DNA from: Candidatus Micrarchaeia archaeon
GTDB taxonomy: Archaea > Micrarchaeota > Micrarchaeia > Micrarchaeales > Micrarchaeaceae
Direction of reading: 5' to 3'
DNA length: 64,000 bases
Assembly: GCA_049966715.1 (NCBI GenBank)
Contig: JBMFUB010000001.1
Location: 80-64,079 of the forward strand
The notes under the pieces were generated by a model, which saw only the letters and a program-made list of their open reading frames with translations, ran no database searches and was not told the DNA's origin. Below are positions 1 through 8,731 of this stretch, piece after piece; positions within the stretch are counted from its first letter, which is position 1; each line of letters starts with the position of its first letter. The position numbers and the translations under genes are program-made.

Positions 1-249
1 GGATCAATAACTAGTCCAGTTTCACCATGGGGCCTTTCTATAAGCCCTAACGGCGCTTATCTTTATGCTTCACCTAATCAGAAATCAGATATATATGTAT
101 TTAGCACTGCGACCAATTCATTAATAGGTACAATAGGAGGTTTTGATGGAACTTGGGATTCTGCAATTGCTCCAAGCGGAACTTATGGCTATGAAACAAA
201 TATAGGAAATCTGACAGTAAGTATATTTAATGCGCTTGCCTTCACATAA
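1..249 (+). CDS. C-terminal fragment of a beta-propeller repeat protein (YVTN/lactonase-like blades); the 5' end lies outside the window
   Basis: Frame 1 is open from base 1 to TAA at 247-249. The translation (...SISPNGAYLYASPNQKSDIYVFSTATNSLIGTI...AIAPSGTYGYETN...) shows the repeated 'SPdG..lYv.n.....i.v' blade pattern. An oligo-T run follows at about 259-280. Confidence 0.55.
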   Translation, partial: GSITSPVSPWGLSISPNGAYLYASPNQKSDIYVFSTATNSLIGTIGGFDGTWDSAIAPSGTYGYETNIGNLTVSIFNALAFT

Positions 250-762
250 TCCTGTATCTTTTAATTTTTATTTTTTTGCTGTCTTTATACTATTATTCTT
301 ATTTTACTTTTATTTGCTTTTTTATAATATATATAAATTTAATATTCTTTAGTAAATTTTCTCTTCTTATTATTAGAATTTATAAAAAATATATTATTAG
401 CATTAGGAAGCTTTGCTTGCTTAAAAACTCCAGATCTGCCCATAAACCCCTATTTTGTCTATAAACTTATGATTTTTAAACAAGATAGCATTGGGAGTAA
501 CCTTTAAATATCTCAAAATTTATATTTTTAATATACAATATAAAACAGAATGATATAAGTATAAATAATGTGTATAAATATTAAAATTATAAATATAATT
601 AGATATTATTTGCTATATCATATAAATATACTATACGATATATCATAAATGTATAATATATATTACAAATATTATAATTAAAAAATATTATAATTAAAAT
701 TTTATAATAATTATAAATAAATAGAATTTTGTATTTAAAATTGTATAAATAATGATGGGATA

Positions 763-1434
763 ATGTATAATCAACGTCCACAAAACAATAGCAAAAATAA
801 TCTTAGCAATCAAGAAATGAATACAAATAGCAGTGATTTATGTTTAGATGTAGATATACCTTTACATATACCTAAAAGTGCGATAGAAAATAATAAAAAT
901 ATCAAAAATTTGCTTTCTGCGGCAAAAATTAAAAAATTTGAAGACGAGGGCCTATTTATTGATGCTACTTTATATATTGCTCTAGAACAAGCAATCACTA
1001 AAAAAATTAATGAATTTAATAAAAATGAAAATCTAAAAAGCGAGTTAAAAAATAATTCTTTAGAGAAATTTAGTGATTTTATATATTATAGGCTATCGTT
1101 TTTTTATTCGGTTATAGATAACATTATAAATAAATCTTTTGATATCGATAGAAATTATAAAAATCATGGAGATAAAAAGAATGAAAATAATAAAGATAAA
1201 AATACAGATAAAGATGCAGTTAATTATAATAATCTATTTGATTATGCTGGAAAAGCAATAAGCGATGCTATTAAAGAATTTGATGATTTATTAAAGAGTA
1301 CAAAAGGAAATATTGATAAGAGTAATAATCTATCTGAGTTTAATAAATCTCTTTTAAATTATGCTGAAGTAATGAACAAAATTACAAAGACATTATTTGA
1401 TAAAACAGAAGAGATAAAATATCCTCAAATCTAA
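763..1434 (+). CDS. Hypothetical N/K/E-rich protein, no recognisable family
   Basis: 223-codon ORF in a region otherwise closed in all frames. Composition is low-complexity and helical-looking. No motif recognised. Confidence 0.4.
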   Translation: MYNQRPQNNSKNNLSNQEMNTNSSDLCLDVDIPLHIPKSAIENNKNIKNLLSAAKIKKFEDEGLFIDATLYIALEQAITKKINEFNKNENLKSELKNNSLEKFSDFIYYRLSFFYSVIDNIINKSFDIDRNYKNHGDKKNENNKDKNTDKDAVNYNNLFDYAGKAISDAIKEFDDLLKSTKGNIDKSNNLSEFNKSLLNYAEVMNKITKTLFDKTEEIKYPQI

Positions 1435-1453
1435 AGCGAATAAAAAGAACTAA

Positions 1454-2323
1454 TTAAAATATAAAAAATAATATATTTCCAATGAGTATTGATATAATTA
1501 GACCAAAGAATATAGGCAATGCAAGTGGTATTGCATTTCTATATACAGGTATTTTTTCCTTTATATTTTTACTTTTTACTTTATCTATAAATTTTTTTGT
1601 TATAAGATTTGTAAATCCAAATTTTTTTAACCGCCTTTCCTGCTCTTTATTCATCAATATATGTGCAACCATATCTCCTTCTTCAAGATTCCTTACATCG
1701 ATAAATGTAATCATTGACTCCGACAAAGATTTCTCAAATGCTATTAAAACTGTGGCGCATGTTATAATTATCAAAAATAAAACAATTAGAAATATATTTA
1801 GATTGTATATAAAAATAAGTAGCGCTAAAAAGATCAAATAAGAAATAGCAACTAACATACTTTTAAATATACTGTTTTTTGTGGCTATGAGCTTATGTTT
1901 CATCTTATACGCTTTAGGTAAATAGTATAAGGGTACAAAGATTATTGCGATTATTCCAGTTGCAATAAATACTGATAAAATAAATGGAAAACCATATTGA
2001 TTTATATTAAATAATAAAGGAGTGTTTTGAATAGGCAATATTAATGATATTACGGCAAGCTCAATTATGTCTGCGCCTCCAATTTGACCTACTCTATATG
2101 CCAACCAGCCCAATGCAATTATAATTATAGCAATTATTGAGCTTAGCAAAATAATACTGATATTAAAATAAAGTATGGTCATTATTACTCCAATCACGAT
2201 TGTAGAATATGCAAATATGGTCGGTACATTGCGTTTGTTTAAAACATCAAACAGCATATAAATAAAAGAAATTATGACAAGCAAAATTAATCTTAGGTCA
2301 ATAAAATTCAGCATTAAGATCAT
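1454..2323 (-). CDS. A24-family aspartic peptidase (archaeal prepilin/preflagellin peptidase, PibD/FlaK-like)
   Basis: Polytopic membrane protein. The first catalytic Asp sits in 'FDVLNKRNVP' (D..+R.VP pattern). The second sits in 'GQIGGADIIELA', a GxGD-type motif, about 58 residues later, as in PibD/FlaK. It carries an extra C-terminal region with two more TM helices. Confidence 0.65.
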   Translation of the reverse strand: MILMLNFIDLRLILLVIISFIYMLFDVLNKRNVPTIFAYSTIVIGVIMTILYFNISIILLSSIIAIIIIALGWLAYRVGQIGGADIIELAVISLILPIQNTPLLFNINQYGFPFILSVFIATGIIAIIFVPLYYLPKAYKMKHKLIATKNSIFKSMLVAISYLIFLALLIFIYNLNIFLIVLFLIIITCATVLIAFEKSLSESMITFIDVRNLEEGDMVAHILMNKEQERRLKKFGFTNLITKKFIDKVKSKNIKEKIPVYRNAIPLALPIFFGLIISILIGNILFFIF

Positions 2324-2426
2324 CTTTTTATTTTTTTATTTTTGAGTGGTTTTAATTTATCCTTTTATTTTATATCTTTATTTCTAATCTTTTAAATTAT
2401 TTTATTTTTCTTTTATTAATTTAACC

Positions 2427-4046
2427 TTAATTAGATTTTTTTGAATTTTTTATTATATATATTAATATTATCAGTCCGATAATAACTGCTATAATCGCTA
2501 TTATATATTCTAAATCATTTATTCCGTTTTGCGGGGGCGTTGAAAGTGTAGTATTAAGAGCAAATTGTTGATTTTGAGGTATTTGTTCCTGACCTTTATA
2601 ACCAACAACATAGATTGAAATTCCAGGTGACTGCGCTTTATAAATATAATCTGTAAGATTTTCACCAACAATTTTTGTTGGTAATGCAATCCAGCTATTA
2701 TTTAATGTGTAATATCTAAACAATTGTATATATGATGTATTAATATTATACTCTTTTAGAAAACTCTTTGTTATGCTGAATGTGTAGTTTACGTAATTAA
2801 TTGCAGAATCGCTTAAACTGCTATTAATATAAAAAAATTCAATAGGGCTTATTTTTGATTCATAAAATTTAGCTTCTATATTTGGAAATATTTTTCCGAA
2901 TTCACTATTATTTAATTCTTGAATCATTGTCGAAATTGATTTTGTGCTCTCTTTTGGATTTATTGTTATATTTTTTATTATTATATTTTTATTTTCTATA
3001 ATTATGTGTGTACTTATATTCTTTTCAATGCCGCTTATTTCGGCCAATGCGGTTCCTCCTTTTCCTTCAAGAACTGTAATATTTGCAGGTATATATTTTA
3101 TAATATCATTATCTCCTGTAATGTTACTTATTGCATAAATTATATGATAATTTTTTATTTCTATATTGTTTGTATTATTAAAATAATTAAGAAGTATTTT
3201 TGCATATATACTTTTATATAAACTATTATATGTTGTTAAATTATGAACTGTTAAATTATTTGCAATATTTTTTACTGCAGAAACATTTATCGAACTATTA
3301 CTTATACCGCTTATCATACTCCAAGATATTAAAGTGCTATTATTATTTTTAATGCTATTTATTGTAGAATTAAGCAGTGCAAAACCAGCAGGTGTATAAT
3401 TAGAAATAAATTTTTTTATTAATATTGTATTGCTGAATATAATATTTGCTATAGGTGTCTTATTTTGGATTATATAATTAAATTCACTTGAAAAATTCTT
3501 TATAAATTTAGTATTATTTATAGGTAAATTAAAGGTTATACCATTGTTTGTTCCAAGTGCGCTGATTGTGTAATTAATATTATTTATTTCATTGTTTTTA
3601 ATGATGTTTAATCCTATGTTTGTAATATTAAATTTCTGTGGATTTGTTATATTGATGCAATTTGTGCATAAAGAATTTGAATTTAGCAAATTAGAATTAA
3701 TCAAATCTGATATTATATTATAATTAAATATATTTGTTGTGTTTATGTAATTTTCTATATTTTTAGTAAATGAAAAATTTTTTAAGCTAGATAAATTTAA
3801 AATTTTATAGAAATCAGAGGTATTTAGGAAATTCCCATTTAAATACTTATTAATTATTGAAGTATTAAGCGTTATATTCCTAATTTTATATGTAGTATTA
3901 TTATATGTAGTATTTGTTTGAGCATTTACTGTTAGTGCTGTTAATGAAATTAACACTATAAATAAAAAAATAATTGAAAAGAGGAAATTGTTAATTTTAA
4001 GATATGGCTTAATGGCATTTTTATTTGTTTTATTTATAATATTCAT
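2427..4046 (-). CDS. Large surface glycoprotein: N-terminal signal/anchor, sequon-saturated ectodomain, PGF-pre-PGF-like domain, C-terminal TM anchor
   Basis: N-terminal hydrophobic segment ending ...TALTVNAQ. About 35 N-x-S/T sequons by hand count. 'RYYTLNNSWIALPTKIVGENLTDYIYKAQSPGISIYVVGYK' resembles the archaeal PGF-pre-PGF domain core (W..L.t......y.a.tPGfS.fav). The C-terminal TM segment is followed by KNSKKSN. No PGF-CTERM tripeptide is present. Confidence 0.6.
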   Translation of the reverse strand: MNIINKTNKNAIKPYLKINNFLFSIIFLFIVLISLTALTVNAQTNTTYNNTTYKIRNITLNTSIINKYLNGNFLNTSDFYKILNLSSLKNFSFTKNIENYINTTNIFNYNIISDLINSNLLNSNSLCTNCINITNPQKFNITNIGLNIIKNNEINNINYTISALGTNNGITFNLPINNTKFIKNFSSEFNYIIQNKTPIANIIFSNTILIKKFISNYTPAGFALLNSTINSIKNNNSTLISWSMISGISNSSINVSAVKNIANNLTVHNLTTYNSLYKSIYAKILLNYFNNTNNIEIKNYHIIYAISNITGDNDIIKYIPANITVLEGKGGTALAEISGIEKNISTHIIIENKNIIIKNITINPKESTKSISTMIQELNNSEFGKIFPNIEAKFYESKISPIEFFYINSSLSDSAINYVNYTFSITKSFLKEYNINTSYIQLFRYYTLNNSWIALPTKIVGENLTDYIYKAQSPGISIYVVGYKGQEQIPQNQQFALNTTLSTPPQNGINDLEYIIAIIAVIIGLIILIYIIKNSKKSN

Positions 4047-4388
4047 AATATCACTAAATATTTATTTATATTTTGATTAATTTTATTTTAATTTTATTAT
4101 ATTAAAATAATCCCTATAATTATAATTATTATATTAATAATATCTATTAATTAAATAATATCTATATAAATTAATCTATATAAATTATTTATAATTATTT
4201 AATTATATTATATTGGATTTTTAATTAATTGTATGCAATATACTTATATTTATAATGCTGTTTATAATTGTTGTAATTGATTGTTGTAATTGTAATATAT
4301 TTAATATTACTATATTAATTAATATATTTTATTTAATATATTTTGTAAAAATGACATATAGAAAAAAGATACAAGAACTGGTGTGAAA

Positions 4389-7316
4389 ATGAGTGAAACA
4401 AGTGAAATACACAAAGTAGAGGAGTCAAATATAGATATTAATTATAGAGAGATAGAAAAAAAATGGTATGATGCTTGGAATGATGCAAAAATATACGAAG
4501 TAGAGCCTGATGAAAGGCCTGCTCTTCTTGTTACCGCAGCATTTCCATATGTTGATATGCCGCAGCATATAGGGCATTTAAGGACATATTCTACGGCTGA
4601 TGCGTATGCGAGATATAAAAGAATGTGTGGTTTTAATGTTCTTTTTCCAATGGGTTTTCAACCAAGCGGAATTCCTATACTTGCAATAGCAAAAAGAATT
4701 GCAAATAATGAAGAGCAGCTTATAGATATTCTAAGAAGAGTTCATCATGTAAGTGAGGAGGATATTGTTAAGATGAAGGACCCAAATTATATGGCTGATT
4801 ATTTTATAAATGTAATAAAGCAAGGATTTATTGATTCTGGTTATAGTATAGATTGGAGAAGAAAGATAGTATCAACAGAGCCAATATTTAGCAAGATGGT
4901 TGAATGGCAATTCTTTAAACTTAAAGAAAAGGGCTATCTTGTTACTGGTATTCATCCTGTAGGCTGGTGCACTAATGAGGGCAATCCGGTTGGACAGCAC
5001 GATACAAAAGGAGATACTTCTGTTAAAATAGAAGAGTTTGTAGGTATTAAATTTAAAGATGCTGAAAGCGATGTATATTTTGTTTGTGCAACATATAGGC
5101 CAGAAACAATATATGGTGTAACAAATCTTTTTATAAACAAAGATATAGAATATATTATTGCACAGCTTGGTGATATAAAAATTTATCTTTCAAAAGCTTC
5201 TTTTGAAATATTAAAGTATCAGATGTCAATTACTGAATTGCAGAAAATTAATGCATCAGTATTATTATCAAAGAAAGCTATAAATCCAATAAATAATGAC
5301 AGTGTACCTATACTTCCTGGATTTTTCGTAAAGCCAGATGTGGGGACTGGTATTGTGATGAGCGTTCCATCTCATGCTCCATTTGATTATGCGGCATTGC
5401 AGAAACTTAAAAATGAAGGCTATAATATTCCAAAATTTGAAGATAAAAAGCTTATAGAAATAGAGAGAGATAGTACAAAGAAAGGTTTGGGAAGAAGTAT
5501 TGAAAAAGAACTGCAGAAGGGCGAAGCTCTGCATGGTAATATTCCGGCATTAGCATATTTAGAAATTTTAGGCCTTGATGAAAAAGCGAGCGAAGATCTT
5601 CTTGAGATGGCGACAAAAAAGGTTTATAGTGAAGAAGCGCGTTATGGCATCATGCTTGTAGGTAAATATGCAGGTAAAAGGGAAGCAGAAGCAAGAGAAG
5701 CATTAAAAAGCGATATGCTCAATGATGGAAGTGCAATAAAAATATATGTTATAGCAAATGATGAACCTGTTTATTGTAGATGCGGAACTAAAGTAATAAT
5801 TAAGGTTGTAAATGATCAATGGTTTATTAATTATGGGGATAAAGAATGGAAAGAAAAAACAAAAAAAGTATTTGCTGATGTGGTAAAACTTTATCCTGAA
5901 AAATACAGGCATACATATGAATCTCTTCTTGATTGGCTTGATTTGCGTGCTACAGAAAGAGCGCAAGGGCTCGGAACAAAGTTTCCATTTAATCCAACTC
6001 ATGTAATTGAATCGCTTTCTGATTCCACAATCTATCCGATGCTTTATACTTTTGTACATATTTTAAGATCTTCAAATGTTTCAGCAGAAAATCTAAAACC
6101 AGAGTTTTTTGACTACATCGTTTATGGTATTGGTAATTTAGATGAAGTTGCAAAGAATTGCAATATTAATGTAAATACAATACAAAAATGCAGGGAATCA
6201 TTCGATTACTGGTATAAAAATACATCAAGGCATTCTGGATCTGACCTGCTTGCAAATCATCTTCTTATGTATCTATTTAATCACGTTGCAATATTCCCTG
6301 AAAAATATTATCCAAAGCAGATTGTTGCAAACGGGCTTGTCTATTTTGAAGGAGTAAAGATGAGCAAGTCACTTGGAAATGTTTATCCTGTTGGCGATGG
6401 AATTGCTAAATTTGGTGCAGATCCATTGAAAATACTGGAGGTTACATCTGCCGATATAGATAGTGATGTTGAGATAGATTTAGAAAAGGCAATATCTGGA
6501 ATTTATTCAAGGAATGAATTTTTCTATAATCAGATATTGAATCTGCATAAACTAGATGGCAATGAACTAACACATATCGACTACTGGCTATACTCAAAAC
6601 TAAACAAAAAGATTAAAAATGCAACATCATATATGGATGAGCTGAGCTTTAAGAATGCATATTCAGAAATCTATTATAATTCATATGCAGAGCTTAAGAA
6701 GTATATAGAGCGCGGAGGCAAGAACCAAGTTGTTATGAGAGAGTACCTTGAAAATATTGTATTGATGTTTGCGCCAGTAATGCCTATGTTTGCAGAAGAG
6801 CTGTGGCATATGTTGAGCAATACCAGCTTTGTTGTTAAGGAGAAGTGGCCAAGCTATAATGCGGATATGATAAGCGAGAAGATTGAAGCGGTAGAAGAAA
6901 TGATAACAAAAACAATAGAGGATATAAATTCAACAATATCCCTAACAGCAAAGATTGATAAAAATAAAAATAAATCTATTAAGGAGGTAAAGATAATACT
7001 TGCAGATGATTGGAAGCACAAAGCTTATAATATGCTTGTCGAAAAGAAGAACATGCAGGATGCGATTGCAGCTTCTGGAGTTGATCCCGCCAAAGCTTCA
7101 AAATTCTTAGCACCAATGATTCCTAAATTAAAAAGTCTTATTAAACTCCCAGAAATTGATAATGAATATCTTCTTTCCGCATTCCTAAATGCGCAGGATT
7201 ATATAAAAGGAAAATTCAATGCAAACATTGTAATAGAAAAAGAGAGTACTTCAAAATCAGAGAGAGCGCCTAGAGCAATGCCAAACAAACCAAGTATAGA
7301 TATTATTTGGGGTTGA
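4389..7316 (+). CDS. leuS: Leucyl-tRNA synthetase (archaeal type)
   Basis: HIGH motif 'PQHIGHLRTY', KMSKS motif 'VKMSKSLGN', CP1 editing region, and a length typical of archaeal LeuRS. The track's GTG at 4383 lies inside a GGTG Shine-Dalgarno sequence, so the ATG at 4389 is preferred. Confidence 0.95.
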   Translation: MSETSEIHKVEESNIDINYREIEKKWYDAWNDAKIYEVEPDERPALLVTAAFPYVDMPQHIGHLRTYSTADAYARYKRMCGFNVLFPMGFQPSGIPILAIAKRIANNEEQLIDILRRVHHVSEEDIVKMKDPNYMADYFINVIKQGFIDSGYSIDWRRKIVSTEPIFSKMVEWQFFKLKEKGYLVTGIHPVGWCTNEGNPVGQHDTKGDTSVKIEEFVGIKFKDAESDVYFVCATYRPETIYGVTNLFINKDIEYIIAQLGDIKIYLSKASFEILKYQMSITELQKINASVLLSKKAINPINNDSVPILPGFFVKPDVGTGIVMSVPSHAPFDYAALQKLKNEGYNIPKFEDKKLIEIERDSTKKGLGRSIEKELQKGEALHGNIPALAYLEILGLDEKASEDLLEMATKKVYSEEARYGIMLVGKYAGKREAEAREALKSDMLNDGSAIKIYVIANDEPVYCRCGTKVIIKVVNDQWFINYGDKEWKEKTKKVFADVVKLYPEKYRHTYESLLDWLDLRATERAQGLGTKFPFNPTHVIESLSDSTIYPMLYTFVHILRSSNVSAENLKPEFFDYIVYGIGNLDEVAKNCNINVNTIQKCRESFDYWYKNTSRHSGSDLLANHLLMYLFNHVAIFPEKYYPKQIVANGLVYFEGVKMSKSLGNVYPVGDGIAKFGADPLKILEVTSADIDSDVEIDLEKAISGIYSRNEFFYNQILNLHKLDGNELTHIDYWLYSKLNKKIKNATSYMDELSFKNAYSEIYYNSYAELKKYIERGGKNQVVMREYLENIVLMFAPVMPMFAEELWHMLSNTSFVVKEKWPSYNADMISEKIEAVEEMITKTIEDINSTISLTAKIDKNKNKSIKEVKIILADDWKHKAYNMLVEKKNMQDAIAASGVDPAKASKFLAPMIPKLKSLIKLPEIDNEYLLSAFLNAQDYIKGKFNANIVIEKESTSKSERAPRAMPNKPSIDIIWG

Positions 7317-7318
7317 TT

Positions 7319-7345
7319 TGATTTTTTATTTTTTTATTTTAATGA
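7319..7345 (+). terminator. Oligo-T terminator region after leuS
   Basis: The sequence tgattttttatttttttatttt lies immediately after the leuS stop codon. Archaeal termination uses T-tracts. Confidence 0.45.
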
Positions 7346-7489
7346 AGATTTTGAAATCTAATTCACCAAAATGTAATAAATAACAAATAAAAATAACAAA
7401 TAAAAACAATGATTAAAGTATTACATATTGAAACAGCAGTCAAAATAATAAATATAATGAACTGAAAAATGCAATAGTGTAGTGTTGAA

Positions 7490-8242
7490 ATGCCAAAAAA
7501 ATTTATTGATGTATTAAATAATCAAAAGGTTCCCAGAAGAATTAATCGAAATTATAATGGCAACAACTCAAATAAACAAATTCCGCCGAAACTACATGAT
7601 TTTGATTTATTTGTATTTGATTGGGATGGAACACTCACAGAATTGAAAATTATACGTACATTAGATCAAAAATACGGACTGTATTGGTTTTATAAAAAAC
7701 TTAGATATGGCAAGAAGAAAAAACACAACAAAATCCATAACAATTCAATTGCACAAGATAAATCCATAATAACAAAAGAAAGCAAAGAGCATGTAATCTC
7801 CTTCTTTGCGGATATTTATTTAACTTTGTTTAAGCCTAAATTACACAATGATGTTGGGATTCTTCTTACAATGCTTAAATCGCGAGGAAAGAAGATTGCA
7901 TTGTTTACAAATGGGACAGAGTGGCGCATTGATAAAGAACTTGCGCTTTTCAGAATGAAAAATATGTTTGATACTGTTTTAAGTGCGCAAAAAATAAAAG
8001 TCATAAAACCTGATCCAACTGGCTTAAATATAATAATCAAAAAATTTAAAGTATCAAAGAAAAAAGTGCTCTATATTGGTGATATGGCTGATGATATAAT
8101 TATGGCTAAAGCTGCAAATGTATACTCTTGTGCCTTGGGTAATGGATTTGATAATGAATCTACATTAAAAAATACAAATCCTACTTTTTATTTTAAAGGT
8201 ATTAAAGAATTTATAGAAGCATTTAAATCAGAAGAGATATAA
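7490..8242 (+). CDS. HAD-superfamily hydrolase (phosphoglycolate-phosphatase-like)
   Basis: Motif I 'FVFDWDGTL' (DxDGT), motif II 'LFTNG', and motif IV 'YIGDMADDI'. It has a basic N-terminal extension and a K-rich insertion after motif I. Confidence 0.75.
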   Translation: MPKKFIDVLNNQKVPRRINRNYNGNNSNKQIPPKLHDFDLFVFDWDGTLTELKIIRTLDQKYGLYWFYKKLRYGKKKKHNKIHNNSIAQDKSIITKESKEHVISFFADIYLTLFKPKLHNDVGILLTMLKSRGKKIALFTNGTEWRIDKELALFRMKNMFDTVLSAQKIKVIKPDPTGLNIIIKKFKVSKKKVLYIGDMADDIIMAKAANVYSCALGNGFDNESTLKNTNPTFYFKGIKEFIEAFKSEEI

Positions 8243-8437
8243 ATAAAAGAGATAACTAAATATAACCACTAATTTAAATAATATAAAATAAAATAATATA
8301 AAATAAAAAATATAAAATAAAATAATATATATAAATTAAAAATAAATATCAATTAAAATATAATATAAATATATTATAAAAAATAAGCAGATAATATAAA
8401 TTAAACAAAACAATATAAAATAATTATGTAACATAAT

Positions 8438-8487
8438 ATATAGTACAAAGATATAGTACAAAGATATAGTACAAAGATATAGTACAA
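8438..8487. repeat. 13-bp direct tandem repeat, about 3.8 copies (atatagtacaaag)
   Basis: Units read directly at 8438-8450, 8451-8463 and 8464-8476, with a partial unit at 8477-8487. They lie inside the 489-bp A/T spacer upstream of gyrB. Confidence 0.9.
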
Positions 8488-8731
8488 TATACTTAAATAA
8501 TATTTATAAAGATAGAAACTGAAAATAAGTAAGGTATATAAAATATAAACAATGCAATAACATAAATAAATTAATATAATAATATATAAACTATTTATTT
8601 AAATATACTTAATACTTAAATATACTTAAAATATGACAATAAATTATATACCTAGAATGCAATAAAATATAAAGATAAATATACAAAATAATATGCAAAT
8701 TATTAATTATAATTGGTTATAATGGGGGATT

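Noticed and set aside
339-443. 34-codon minus-strand ORF (MGRSGVFKQAKLPNANNIFFINSNNKKRKFTKEY) in a slightly G/C-richer patch of the first spacer.
   Set aside because: It has an AGGGG-like element upstream, but there is no recognisable family and half of it is A/T-driven low complexity. This is insufficient evidence to call a gene. It could also be a remnant of a degraded gene.
276-781. ORFs 276-464 (+) and 599-781 (-). Also 13411-13602, 29346-29609, 46450-46701 and 61854-62042.
   Set aside because: They are translations of A/T-only spacer DNA (poly I/F/Y/L/K/N). They lack Shine-Dalgarno sequences and recognisable motifs, and they occupy promoter or terminator regions.
2427-2560. PGF-CTERM/archaeosortase sorting signal at the C-terminus of the 539-aa surface protein.
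   Set aside because: A PGF-pre-PGF-like domain is present, but the C-terminal segment lacks the PGF tripeptide. It looks like a plain TM anchor with a basic tail.
8438-8487. Possible CRISPR array or replication origin at the 13-bp tandem repeat upstream of gyrB.
   Set aside because: The repeats are directly adjacent with no spacers and are too short for CRISPR. There is no cas gene. There is no Orc1/Cdc6 gene and no ORB or mini-ORB-like consensus, so an origin call is unsupported.
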